From positions 22,656 to 86,655 of IMG/VR virus record IMGVR_UViG_3300050119_000072: a stretch of 64,000 nt of DNA, one strand, 5' to 3'. Source of the stretch: a virus. This document shows, in pieces, positions 36,194 to 49,600 of the stretch (its first letter is position 1; each line of letters begins with the position of its first letter). The position numbers were made by a program, and so were the translations under genes. The notes beneath the pieces are model-generated. The model saw only the letters and a program-made list of their open reading frames with translations, was not told the origin of the DNA and did not search any database.

Positions 36194-37630
36194 TTGGGCG
36201 GCTTGCTTGATTTCTTAGATGATCCAAACGCGCTGTCGAACATTCTCGGCATTTCGCCGTCGACGCCAGCCGGGCCAATGAACAACATGAACGGCCCGGC
36301 TGCGGCCGCTATGTCCGGTCCCGTTCCGATGCCGCCGCCGCGGCCTGCGCAAGCGCCACAAATGCCGCCGCCCCAGGCAGCACCAGGCGGCAATGGCGCG
36401 CCCATGGCCACCAGCGACATGCTCGCCGGTGCCGATCCCATGCAAGGCCCTCCCGGCATGTATTTGGGCCTGAGCACGCAAACGCCTGACTTTGGCCCGA
36501 ACGGTCCGCCGATGCCGCCGCCAAACCCGAACGCGCCGAACGGCAATGTTGCCGGGGCCGGGGCGATCGCGGCCGGTGGCGATCAGGTGCCATTGCCGAC
36601 GCCAGCGCCGGGACTCGCGCAAGGTCTGCCGCAGGCGGCCGCTTTCAACGTCAATCGGCCGCCGGGCATGGAGCCTCCGATACCTCCGGCAGTCGGCGGG
36701 GGGGGCCTTCCGCCAGCCGCGCGCACGGCCATGGCGCCGGGTGGCTCGCCTCCCGGTGGGATGGCCGCATTCCCAGGTGGGCCGGCTGCGCTGGTGCCGG
36801 GGGCTACGCCCGGCGGCGCGGTGCCGAGCACGACCAGTGGCGGTCTCGCGGCGGCGCTCGGCCTCAATAATCCGAACACTGTCCGCAACATGATCGCAGC
36901 GGCTGGCAAGGGCCTCTCGGCCGTCGGTGCTCAACGTCCTGGTGCCAATGCCGGACAGGCATTTGCAGCCGGAGCCGGCGGATCGTTGCAGGGCCTGGCG
37001 CAATCGCAGCAGCAGCAATTCAACAACACGTCGACCGCCTTCAAGGACATGCTGGCGGCGAAGGCGCAGGGGAACAGCGTTGCTTTCAACACCGCGCGCA
37101 TGAACTACCTCAACGCGCGGGCGCAGAGCCTCACCACGAATGGCGGCACAGGCTCGAAGGCGTGGCAGAACACGCCGCTCGGTCAGGTCAATGTCATCGA
37201 GCAACGCGCGCAAGCCTATGACTCGCCGCGCCGCAAGTCGATCGACGCCGCGGTGCGCAGCGGCCAGATGGATGCCGATGCGGCGAAGGCGGCCTACGCC
37301 GACCTCGATACAAAGACCGAGCAGTTCAAGCAGAATATGTACAAGGCCGCGAAGATCGACCCCGCGCAGGCGGAGAAGATTAAGTCGGCTGGCGAGAACG
37401 CCACCAACCCGATCTCCACGAAGGGCATGTCGATCGATCAGTTCCACGCGCAGGTGCCGATGGGCGCTTGGTACGATAGCGGGAAGACCGACGACAAAGG
37501 CAAGCCAATCATCATGCAGCGCACGGTGCCCCCGCCTGGCGCGCAGGGTCCTAACGCCCAGGCACCGCAGCAGGGCAATCCCATGCAGACTTTCTACGAC
37601 GATCAAGAAGCCCTGCAACCGGCGGCGTAA
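36194..37630 (+). CDS. Internal virion/ejection protein
   Basis: GGAGG RBS with TTG start; Pro/Gly/Ala-rich N half, helical C half. Confidence 0.7.
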   Translation: MGGLLDFLDDPNALSNILGISPSTPAGPMNNMNGPAAAAMSGPVPMPPPRPAQAPQMPPPQAAPGGNGAPMATSDMLAGADPMQGPPGMYLGLSTQTPDFGPNGPPMPPPNPNAPNGNVAGAGAIAAGGDQVPLPTPAPGLAQGLPQAAAFNVNRPPGMEPPIPPAVGGGGLPPAARTAMAPGGSPPGGMAAFPGGPAALVPGATPGGAVPSTTSGGLAAALGLNNPNTVRNMIAAAGKGLSAVGAQRPGANAGQAFAAGAGGSLQGLAQSQQQQFNNTSTAFKDMLAAKAQGNSVAFNTARMNYLNARAQSLTTNGGTGSKAWQNTPLGQVNVIEQRAQAYDSPRRKSIDAAVRSGQMDADAAKAAYADLDTKTEQFKQNMYKAAKIDPAQAEKIKSAGENATNPISTKGMSIDQFHAQVPMGAWYDSGKTDDKGKPIIMQRTVPPPGAQGPNAQAPQQGNPMQTFYDDQEALQPAA

Positions 37631-37633
37631 AGT

Positions 37634-40600
37634 ATGGCACTCGCTGACCAGTTGGGCGCGGTTGATCCGCAAGGCATTGTCACCGGCTTGGTTGCCGACC
37701 AAGCGCCCGACCTTGTCCAAAACGATGGCAGCGTAGACCCGCAGTCCGTTCTCGATCGACTGATCCGCAAGGGTCTCAGTTCGGACCAGCAGAAAGCGCT
37801 TTCCGACGCGAAAACAAATGCGGCGCCAGACGGGATCGACCAGTTCGGCAAGACCAAGGAACAGGTCGACGCCGAGCCGCAGCCGGATTTCACCCAGTTC
37901 GGATCGGCGACGCCGCAATCCGCTCAACCGATACCAGGTGGTGGCACCGTCGCTGGTGGCGCTTGGGCAGGAGCGAAGTCTCTCGCGCAAGCGCCGATCA
38001 CGGCAACTGGCAAAGCCATTCAGGCGGCGGCGAGGACGGTCAACGATATCACCCCGACAATGGTGCAGACGGCCGGCGGCGAAGGTTCGCCGTTGTCCGT
38101 GGAGGATTTGACGCCGCCACCGGCTGAGCCGGTCCAGAAAAATCCGGTTCTGAGCAAAGTCTATAACGCCGGACAGGCGGTGCGAAACTTTGGCGAGCAA
38201 CAGATCCCGGTCTCCGAGGCGGAGAAGAAAACCTACCCGATATGGACCGGAGTCGGCTCTGCGGTCGGGACCCTTGCGCCGCTCGTCGCGCTTGGTGCGC
38301 TAAACCCCGAAGCGGCGATCGCTGGTGGCGCGGCCCTGTTCGGTGGCTCCGGATCGCAGGATACCTATGAGGCCGCGATCGCGCACGGCGCAGATCAAGA
38401 AACCGCCAGCGCGGCGGCCAATCTCTCAGGGTTAGCAAACGCCGCACTCGGTTCTGCGCCGATCGGCCTCGTCCTGCGGCCGTTCCAGAAGTTCATGCCC
38501 GCTGCGTCAGGCTATGCCGTGCGCATGCTCGCGCAGGCAGCGCAGAACGGCGTTGTTTTCGCCGGCATCGGCGAGGCGCAGGAATACATCGGCGAGCAAA
38601 TCGCCAAGGCCTATGACCCGAAAGCTGGTTATTCGCTCGATGCGAACCGCCTGATTGTGAGCCTCCTGTCCGGCGGATTGCTCGGCGCGGGCCACGCGGC
38701 CTACGACCGATATGCCACGGGGAAGGCCGTCTCCGACCTCTACAAGCTGAACCAACCGGCGGCGGGTGGCGAGGCTGATGATACCGCCCCCGGCGCGCTT
38801 CCGCGCCCCGATGCTGGCCCCGGTCCCGGACCTGGTCCTGGACAAGGGCCCGGGCCTGATACCGGCACAGGCGCAGGTGCTGGTGCCGGGCCTGGCGAAG
38901 CCGAGCCAGAATTCCAGCCGGACTTTTCTCCGGCAAAGCGCAGCACGCTCGAAAAGGTGGCTGCCGCCTACAGCACAAACCTCAAAGACGGTCACTCGGC
39001 AAAGGATATCTCGTCGTGGAGCGACGCCCAGTTGATGGCGTATCTCAATGATGCGGATAAAAGATCAAATCCGGCGAAAGCTGACGCGCCCGTCGCGACA
39101 CCCGGCACTCCCGACAACCCGATCAACCTGCAAACACCGCAGGACCTTGCGCATGCCGTTTCGGTCGCCGATGAGACATCGAGCCACGCGCAGGGCGAAG
39201 CCAATAACGCTCCGCGCGTGCACGCGGTCTGGAACGATCTGCCGATTACTTTGGAAACCGCCGGCGCCAACAATGTGCGACGCGGTGTGGCCGAGGACGG
39301 AACGCCATGGGAACAATCCATGGGCGGCCCGTCAGGATATTTCAAAGGAACGATCGGCGCTGACGGCGATCATGTCGATGTGACCGTAGGACCGCAGCCG
39401 GGGTCCAAGCAGGTCTACGTCATCGACGAGAAGGCGGCCGACACCGGAGACTTCCGCCAGCACAAGGTCATGATCGGGTTTGGAAACCAGATCGACGCTC
39501 TCAATGCCTATACGCAGCGCACGCAAGGCAAATCGGCAAAGATGGTCGGCGGCGTGCGCCTGTTCACGCCAGAACAGTTGAAGGACTGGCTCAAGACCGG
39601 AGACACCAAAGCGCCTCTCTCCGACACGATGACCGCCGCGGCGAAAGCCAAGGACGAGAGCATCCTGCCGGAAGATGCCGTACCAACGTCGCAGCACACA
39701 GACGCTGTTGATGGCGCGCTGCGAGCCGCCGGCGTCAATCCAGATGCCGTCCGCCCTGCCGACAAGGCCCGCGCCGCCGAGATCCACGCCGAAGGCGCGC
39801 CGGCAGATCAGGCTTTCCCCGTCGCCGTCGTGCGCGGGCTGGTCGATAGCGGCCACATCACACCGGACCAAGTTAGAGAGGCGATAGGCGATGAAGCAGC
39901 CGAAGGGGTATTGGGCACCGGCGGCCGGGCTCAACGCGGCGCACGCGCTGAGACACATGGCGCCGGCCCTGGTGGGGAGGCTGCCGCGCCCGCAAATGGC
40001 GTCGGTCCACGCGGCAATGAAGGTGGGAATGCCGAAGCTGCCAGCGGCGGCGAAAGTGGCGAGCCCGCTGTCGGCCAAAAGCCCGCTGGCAGTGCCGCGG
40101 GCGGGGAGCAACGTCGGGAAAACAATGGCGGGGCCGGCAACGGCGCTGCCGCAGGGGTCGCCAATGACCACAACGTCGCTGGGAGCGAACCCGGCGAGCG
40201 CGCTGAGCAAGCCCATCCTGAGCACAAAGCTACCGAAACTCCCGCCGCTGCCCTGATCGGCGCGCGCGTCAAATCGATGCCCGAGCACAAGGTCGTCGCC
40301 GCCGATGGAAAGTCGGTGCGCGTCGTCCCGGTGGTGACCGAGGCATCGAAGCTCATTGCGTCGTCAGATCCCGGATACGACAAGGACATTCAGCCGCGCG
40401 AGCGCGACCGCGCCGCGGCTCAAGCGCAGGTGCGCGAGATCGCGACCCGCCTTGATCCGGAACGTCTTGGATATTCCGCAGAAGCCGACCGTGGGGCGCC
40501 GATCGTCGGCCCCGACGGCATGGTCGAAAGCGGCAACGGCCGAGTAGCCGCCCTTCGTGCGCTCTACCGCACGAAGTCACCCAATGCCGAGCACTACCGC

Positions 40601-43600
40601 GCTTGGCTGGCTGTGCAGGGCGTTGACCTCTCAAAATACAAAGAGCCGGTGCTGGTGCGCCAGCGCGTGACAGAACTCGACGCCGCCGGCCGGCGCGGCT
40701 TTGCGATCGCCGCCAACCAGGCAGCCACCCTGTCAATGTCCGCGCCCGAGCGCGCTTTGGCCGACGCCGACCACCTCTCGTCGAACGTCCTCGGCCTCAT
40801 CAGAAACGGCGCCAACCTCGGTGCCGCCGAAAACCGTCCCTTCGTGCGCGCCTTTATTGCAGCGCTGCCTGCCTCCGAGCGCAGCGCGCTTGCAAACAAA
40901 GCCGGCGCCCTGAGCCAAGAGGGTCTCACGCGGGTTAAAAACGCCGTTCTGGCAAAGGCTTATGGCGACGCCGATGTGATCTCCCGGATCACGGAAGCCA
41001 CCGACGACGAAACGCGATCGGTGTCGAACGGCCTGGTTATGAGTGCTCCCATTTGGGCAAAATTCCGCGGCGAGGTCGAGGACGGCCGCGTGCGCCGGGA
41101 ATTCGACTTGACGCCCGATCTTATGGAGGCGGTCAAGCGCGTCACCGATATCCGCTCGCGCGGAGAAAATCTGGCTGGCTTCCTTGCGCAACATGATGGC
41201 TTTGACCAATTAAAGTCAGAGGTCGAGACCTGGATGCGGATGATGTACGATCCGCATGGCAAGCGGGTCGCGTCCGCCGCTGACATCGCGAAGGCCATCA
41301 GTTTCTACGCCGAAGAGGCAGGCAAGGTAACGACCGACCCGCGCTTGGGTCTCGATATCCCAGAGATAGAACCCGATGAAATCCAACGTGGTGCACATGC
41401 GAAAGCCCAAGACGTTCCGACCGGGGCCCGGGTTGGCAATGGGCCGAGCGGCAATGCGGCTCGGCAGGCACCGGGGCGACGTGGGGCTGGCGAAGGCGGG
41501 GAAGAACCTGGTCGACCAGAGCAACGCAGCGCTGACGGCGGGCGACTCCGCGACCAGCCCAGCCTCTTCGACGAGCCAGGACCCGACGGCAAGCGACAGT
41601 CCGTCCTCCCCGGCACCGAGCCTATCAGCGATGCCCGGCTTGCCCAGCGACGCGCCCTCGAGCGACTGAGGCCGAAGGCTGAGCAGAAGCCTGCGTACGA
41701 AGGGCTATTTTCACCACGCGAAAAGCAGGTCGACCTCGAAGAGGCGATCGCCAAGGCCAAGCCGGAAGGCATCGAAGCCGTCGCCGTGCGCGACCCGCAG
41801 AGCGGCCGCGTCTGGTCGGCCAAGGCGGTTCTCCACCCCGATCTGATCGAGCGGGCGGCACAAGACCTTGGCGTGCCAGAGGACAAGGCAGCGGACCGCC
41901 TAGAGCTTGGTTTCAAGAGCGACCGGGGCAGATTCCTCACGCGCGCCGAGGCGAGCGCCCTGGTGGGCGCCGGCGAGCTCCACGCGACCGAACTGAGTTG
42001 GACCCAGCGGGAATTGGCGGAAGCCGGGGTCGAGTCGTATCCCGGGGCTGCCAAAGCCAAGGCGCCTGTTACGCCAGCCGTAAGGGCGCCTATTGCAAAA
42101 GCGGCCGCCGCACCCAAAATTAAGAAGCAAGGCGCACCTGCTGCCCCCTCACTCTTCGATTGGGAAGAACGCAACAATGAGCGTCCAAGAACTCAAGGCG
42201 ATGGCGAGAAAACACTGGGAGGAATGGCTCCCGGACCGGGTGAAGGACCTCAAGTCACAAGGGCGCCTGAACGAGTCCTTGCAGGGAGCGGCGGACAGCG
42301 CGCAGACGGAGATCGAGCACCTGATGAAGCTGGGCTACCAGGAATTCGAGGCCAAGGAAGTCGCCCTGCCGAAGTTCATCCTGCTGCCGCCGGAGCCGGA
42401 TCAGGACGGCCTGGACGAGGAAATGCGGCAGGAACTGGCGGAGAAAGAAAGCCAGTACCGGAAGTTCCCACCGGTCCAAACGTAAAGCCGGCCGAGCGCC
42501 CGACACTTCCGGCAATCAATTACCGCATTACGGACGAGACCGAACTCGGCAAGGGCTCGGAAGGCGTCAAATTCCGCGACAACATCGCGGCCATCCAGGC
42601 GCTCAAAAACATCGAGCGCGAGGACCGCCGCGCGACGCCCGAAGAGCAGCGCCAGCTTGCGCGCTATGTCGGGTGGGGCGGACTGGCCAATGCCTTCCCC
42701 GATCTCAAGGGCGCATTCAAACCCGACTGGAAAGATCGTGGCGAGCAGCTCCAAGGTCTGCTGAACAAGGACGAGCACAGGGCCGCGCAGCATTCGACGC
42801 TCGCCGCGCACTACACGTCCAAGACCGTTATCGACGCCATGTGGAAGGCGGCGCAGCGGCTTGGCTTCAAAGGCGGCCTCTCGCTCGAAACGTCGCTCGG
42901 CACCGGCAATTTCATCGGCTTGGTGCCTGACGCGATCGCCGGCAAGACGCGCTTTGTCGGCGTCGAACTCGATGGCGTCACCGCGCGTATAGCAAAATTG
43001 CTATATCCGCAGGAAACGGTACTGCACTCCGGCTTCCAACGGGTGCCGATGCCGGACGGCGAATTCGTACTGAGCATCGGCAATCCGCCGTTTGGCTCCG
43101 AATCCCTGCGCTTCCAGCATAAGCCGGCGCTGCAGGGCTACTCGATCCACAATCAGTTCTTCCTGGCTGCGCTCGATGCTCTACAGCCGGGCGGTCTGCA
43201 TATCGGCGTTGTCTCTCATTTCTTGATGGATGCGCAGGATCAGTCCGCACGCCAGGCAATGGCGGTGAAGGCCAACCTGCTCGGCGCCATCCGCCTGCCT
43301 GATACCGCGTTCAAGGAAAACGCGCGGACAGAGGTGGTGACCGATATCGTGCTGATGCAGCGGCGCACGCCGGCTGATGAGAGCCAGATGGCCGAGTTGG
43401 TGCGGCTCGCGAACACGCCTGGGCACGGCAAGGAAGCGCAGGACGCCCGCGCGGTAGCGCGCAAAAAATTGACCGACGAAGCGCCATGGATTGAGACCGA
43501 CAAGGTCCGTGACCCGCTCGGCGGCGAGCCGATGACGGTCAACCAATACTTTGCAAAGCGACCGAAGATGATTGTCGGTCGGTTGGAGCGCTCTGGCACG

Positions 43601-46600
43601 ATGCGGGGCAAAGAGGAAGTCAACGTCAAGCTGGCTAAGGACGCCGATTTTGCCGGCATGCTAGACGCCGCTGTCGAGAACCTTCCCAAGAACAAGATCA
43701 ATCTCGACAACGAGGCGATCGACAACACGCTAGAGCGCTACAAGACGCTCGCCGATAGCATCCAGATTGCGCTCGCCGGCCATGAAGTCGGCCATGTCGA
43801 ATTCAACGACCGGGGGCAACTGACCCAGATCAGCGAGCGCGAAACTCCGTCCGGCGATTACGAGCCGACGCGCCGCGTGCTCAACGCGCAGTCGCCGTGG
43901 TCCCGCAAACTGCTGATGGACCCCAACGGGCAATGGTACACGCTGGAACCAAAGCTCAACGCCAAGGGCGAAAAGGTAAAGACCGGATTGCGCCTGGTCT
44001 ATGAGCGCAAGACGTTCCCCGATAACAAGGTCCCGGAAAACCTGCGGCTCGGCCAGCAGCGCTATGACCGGCTGGCCGATCTCGCTCGCCTGCGCGATCT
44101 CACCCGCAAACAGATCGTTTTAGAAACGCAGGACGCGCCGCCTGCGGATATGGAGAATAATCGCGGGCAGCTTGCGGCGTCCTACCGCGCGTTCACAGGC
44201 AAGCACGGCTTGCTGCATGAGCCGAGCAATATGCGGCTGCTCAACGAAATGCCGGACGGTCCGCTGCTCATGTCGCTGGAAAGCGGCTACCGCCCGGCCG
44301 TGACGACGGCCAAAGCCGCGCGCACCGGACAGCCGGTGCAGAAGCCATCGGCCAAGCCATCTGCCATCTTGTCTCGCCGCGTCGTGCCTAAATATGAGCC
44401 GCCGACCAAGGCCGAAACGGTTGGCGACGCCATCGGCATTGTCCTGTCCGAACGCGGGCGCATGGACCTCGCGCGCATCGGCGACTTGCTCGGCATCCCG
44501 GAGGACAAGGTTCCCGAGAAACTGAGCGAGGGGGACAAGCCGCTTGCCTTCCTCAATCCGGAAACAAAGGATTGGGAAGCGCGCCACGATTATCTCACCG
44601 GACCCGTGCGGCAGAAACTCATTGCCGCGCGCGAGGCTGGCCTCGCCAAGAACGTCAGCGAACTCGAAGCGGTACAGCCCGAGCGATGGGGGGCCGATAA
44701 GGTCACGCCCTATGTAGGGTCTAATTGGATACCGCCGAAGGTTTACGAGGATTTTGCCAAGCAACTGCTTGGCGTCGACGGTGCGGCGGTCAATTACTCG
44801 AAGGCCACCAATTCGTTCAACATGCTCACCGACGAATACGGGGGGGATAAGCAGGCGGAGTGGGGCACCCCAGACATGCCAGCGGATGCGATCCTCCGTG
44901 GCATGATGAATTCGCGTATTCCAAAGGTGATGCGCGAAGTGAGCGACGGCAACGGTGGCACACGGCGCTACGAGGACAAAGAGGCGTCATCCCTCGTCGT
45001 GCTCAAGGCGAACGAGATCGCGAGCGCCTTCGCCGATTGGGTCTTCCGTGACGCCGATAGGCGCAACCAGCTTGTCGACATCTTCAACGACAAGTTCAAT
45101 ACGCGCGTGCAGCGCCAGCATGACGGCGCTTTCCTAGCCCTCCCCGGCAAAAACCCGGAATATGGTTTGCGCCGCCATACCCGCAACGCCATCCGCCGCG
45201 GCATTTACGAACGCAATATGCTGGTCGACCATTGCGTCGGATCGGGCAAGACGTTCCTGGCGATCGCCCGCGCCATGGAGCGCAGGCGCATGGGGCTGTC
45301 GCGCAAGCCCATGGTGGCCGTCCCCAACCACCTGGTCGAGCAATGGGCTGCCGAGGCGCACCGGCTCTATCCAGGCGCCAAGGTGCTCGCCGCCGGCAAA
45401 AACCAATTCAATCGCCAGAACCGCCGCAAGCTCTTCGCCAAGATCGCTACGGGGGACCATGACCTTGTCATCGTTCCGCATTCCTCTTTCGGCTTTATCG
45501 GGATCTCGCCGGAGACCGAACTGCGCTTCCTCGAGGATCAATTGCGGGTGGCGCACGAGGCGGTACAGGCCGCGGCGGAGGAAGCAGCCGCTTCCGGCAT
45601 CGGCGGCTTCCGCAAGCCGTTCACGGTCAAGGAAGCCGAGCGCCTGGTTACCAATATTGAGACCCGCATGGATGCGCTCCGGTCCGCGCGCCGAGACAAT
45701 ATGCTTAGTTTCGAGCAGATGGGCGTCGATGACCTGACGGTCGACGAGGCGCACGAATTTAAGAACCTGTTCTATTCCTCGCGCATGACCGGCGTGCGCG
45801 GCATGGGAGACAAGACCGGCTCGCAAAAATCGTTTGACCTTTACAACAAGGTCCGGGTGCTCAACGAAAGCCCGACGGGCACGGTTACGTTTTTGACGGG
45901 CACGCCGATATCTAACAGCGCCGTCGAAATGTATACGATGATGCGCTATCTCGCGGCGAAGGAACTGCGCGAGCTTGGCATTGAGCATTTCGACGCATGG
46001 CGCTCGCAATTCGTGTCTGCCGAGCCGAAATGGGAGCCAACGGAATCGGGTGGCTTGAAGGAAGTCACGCGCTTGGGCCGCAACTGGTCGAACATGCGCG
46101 CGCTGATGGACCTGTATTATTCCTTCACCGACTCGGTCACTCAGGAAGACATCAACAAGTGGTACGCCGAGGATAACGACGGCGCCGATTTCCCCATTCC
46201 GAAGGTCGTTGGCGGCGGCCGGCAGACGACCGTCGTGCAGCCGACCCCGGCGCAGCAAAGCATCCTGCACCAGGTCATCGACGGCTTTAACGACCTGCCG
46301 AACGAGCCTGACCCCGATGTGCGCAACGCCGAGCGCCTGCGGCTTATGGACCGGGCGCGCAAGGTGTCGCTCGACGCCAGAGCCGTCGACCCCCGCAATC
46401 CCAGCAAGGAAGAGGGCGGCAAGCTCGAGGCGATATCGGACCAGGCCGCGCGCATCTATCACAAGTGGACGAAAGACCTCGGCGCCCAACTCATCTTCCT
46501 CGATCGCAGCGTGCCGAAGGCCAAGGGCGACGACAAGATCATCAAGCAATACGATGATTTGATTGCGCGGCGCGATAAGGCCGTCGCCGACAAGGACGAG

Positions 46601-49600
46601 GGCGCGTTTCGCGCGGTCATTGACGACCTGGACAAATTCAACGCCAACGAGATCGAGGCTCTGCGGTCGGCCCAGAACGGCGGCTGGAACGCTTACGACC
46701 AGATCAAGAAAAACCTCATCGCGCGCGGTGTCCCGGCTGACGAAGTCCGCTTTATCCAAGAGGCCAATAACGACGCCGAAAAGCAGGCCCTGTTCGATGC
46801 TGTCAATGACGGCCGTATCCGGGTGCTGATTGGCTCTACCCAGCGCATGGGCGCCGGCACCAACGTCCAGGAGCGCCTTGTCGGGCTGCACCATGGCGAT
46901 GTGACCTGGAAGCCGTCAGATATCGAACAGCGGGAAGGCCGCATTATCCGGCAGCTCAACAAATTGCTGGACAAGTACGGCAAGGATTTTGCCGTCGAAA
47001 TTCACAACTACGTCACCGAGCGCACGGTCGACGCCAAAATGTGGGATTTGAACTCCGAAAAACTGCGCATGATTAACGGCATCCGTAAGTACGACGGCGC
47101 CTTCAACATGGAGTTTGAGGACGAGGACGCCGTAGGCATGGCCGAGATCGCGGCCTTGGCCTCCGGTGATCCATTGCTCATGGAGCGCGTGAAGCTCGGC
47201 GGCGAAATTGAAAAACTGGAAATGCAGGAACGCGGCTTCCGCCGCAAAATGTTCGGCATTGAGGACGCGGTGGCTGGGGCACAGCGCGCCATCACCGACT
47301 ACCCCGCCAAGATCGTGGAAGAGAAAGCGGCGTCCGACGATATGTATCGGCGGGTCGACGCGCTCAAAAAGGCAGTCGACGCCCGCAGCGTCACGATCGA
47401 TGGCAAAACGTACAAGTCGCGCATGGAAGCGACGGTCGCCGCGACCGACCGCATTGCGGAGATCAGGGGCGCTGACGAGGGCGCGAAATACTCGATCAAT
47501 GTCGACGGCGCCGACCTCACCAACAAGGAGACGATCCACGCAGCGATCGCCAGCGCCTTGGGAGATCAGGAGCCGTTCGAGGCCAAGATCGGCGGGGAGA
47601 CGGTCCGCGGTCGCTACGCCGCGGCCCACGCCATCCTCGAAAAGGTTCGTCCGATTATTTCGGAGATCACGGTCGAAAACCCGGAGCACACGGTAAAGCT
47701 GGGGACCATGCTGGGTGCTGATTTGGAAGCGACCGCGCGCCGCTCGGCTGCCGACGACTTCTACGTGACGCTGGCCCTGCGCCAGGACGGCCGCACCCTA
47801 GCTGCCGCGCAGACGTCGGGCCCGGTCAGCCGAAAAGAGCCGGCGCCGGCGACAATAGCCAGCGGCATCCGCAACCTCGAAAAGGACATCAACAATATCC
47901 TGCTTTCGCGCGGCGCGCTGATGCAGTCCCGCGTGGACGCCGCGAAAAAGGATCTCCCGGGATTGACCGCCCAGCTTGGGCAGACCTTCCCGCAGGCCGA
48001 AAAGCTGGTGGCCTTGCGCGATCGCCAGCGCGATCTCATCAATGAGCTCGATAGGCGGACCAAAGAGGCCGAAGGCAAAGGTGGGCCGCTCCCGACGCCG
48101 CCGAAACTCATTGGCGCCGGCGGCCGCCCCGTCGACGCCAAACTGACGGGCGTCGATGCGGAACAAGACGCGTTTCTCAAATCCAAGGGGATGACCTGGG
48201 AAGAAGCCGCGGCTCTGAGCAACAACCACCTGCGCCAGCTAGATCGCCAGTGGAGCGACGAGCACCCTGGCGAGCATGTGCCGCTGGTGCGCGTTGAGCG
48301 CTTTGATCCGGCTGATATCGAGGCCGATCCGGCGCGCTTCCAATACAGGGACAACGTGGTCAACGCGGAGACCGGCGTTACCGACAAGCCGATGCAATCC
48401 GGGTGGCAGCAAACCGCGCCGATGGTCGTCTGGCAGGATAAGGCAGGAGGAAATTTCGTCGTCGACGGGCACCATCGCCTTGAGCGCGCGAAGGCGCTTG
48501 AAGCGGCCGGCGAGAAGGTGCCGCTCGATGCCATCACCTTGCGCGAGAAAGACGGCATTACGCCGCAAATTGCCAAGGATTTTGGCCAGCGCCGCAATGA
48601 GCATCGCGAGGCCAACCGAGACCTGCGCGCAATCCCGGACGTCGACGATTATTTCGCGGCGGTGAAAGAGCGTCAGGAAGCCAATTCGGAAGCTGGAATA
48701 CCCATTCGCGCCGCCAATTCGGCCGAGACTGGAGTGCAAGCGGTTGGCATGAATTCGTCGGCGGACGCACCGCCCTCGACCCAGCCTTTACCCGGCTCCC
48801 ATGTCTCGACCTTTAGCGAGCCGCCGGCCATTTTCAGCAGCCGCGAGACGCCGCCATCGATCTTTGAAGGACCGACCAGGACGGTGAAGTTCTCGGATTT
48901 CTCGTTGGGTGCCATCGATCCAGCCTCTAAGAAAAATATAGTACAAGGGTCGAGCGATTTCAACGCTTTGCACGCCGAGGCGCAAAAAAACAAGGCCAGC
49001 CTTCTCAATAGGTTAGAAGAAATTGCGCGGGACGTACCAGGCGCAAAGGTCTATGGCGCCCGAGTCAAGGACTTGCCGGGCCTCGTCGAGAAGATCACGG
49101 CCAAGGGTCGCGCTCCCAATACGATCTCGGACTATCTCGGCGCGCGCGTCATCGTTGACAGCCCGGAGGCCATGCACGCCTTCATCGATCGCCTCGATCG
49201 GACCGGCGCCATTATTGAGGCCGAGAATTTCATCCGGTCGAGCAAGTTCGGATACCGCGCCTATCACCTGCAAGTCGGGCTTGGCGACGGCATGTCGGCG
49301 GAGCTGCAACTGGTGCCGCGTCCGCTTGCCGATGTCATGAGCGCTTCGCACGCGCGGCGACAGCCTGTGAAGCGGCTTGTCGCCGGAAAATCTCCGGCAG
49401 ACGACGCGCGCATCGAGCGCGCGTTGGCCGCGTCAACCAAGATACTGGACACCGCCTGGGCAAAGGCACCGGAGGCGTGGCGCACCTATGATGAGGATCA
49501 GCACCAGCAGCCGGCGGCGTTCGCAGAAGAAGCGCCGCAGGGCTGGACCGGCGCCGACACCCTTCCCGACTACACCCGCGCCTATACCGATCTTGGGCCG

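Noticed and set aside
36215-38200. 661-aa minus-strand ORF
   Set aside because: Arg-rich shadow of ejection genes
38766-39035. Possible sixth nested +1 ORF in the GP-rich linker
   Set aside because: No clear RBS, runs into the next domain, and the bias is explainable by Gly/Pro codons; worth re-testing by conservation
45134-46894. 586-aa minus-strand ORF within the helicase region
   Set aside because: Codon-mirror ORF opposite a well-conserved SNF2 domain; no RBS or promoter seen
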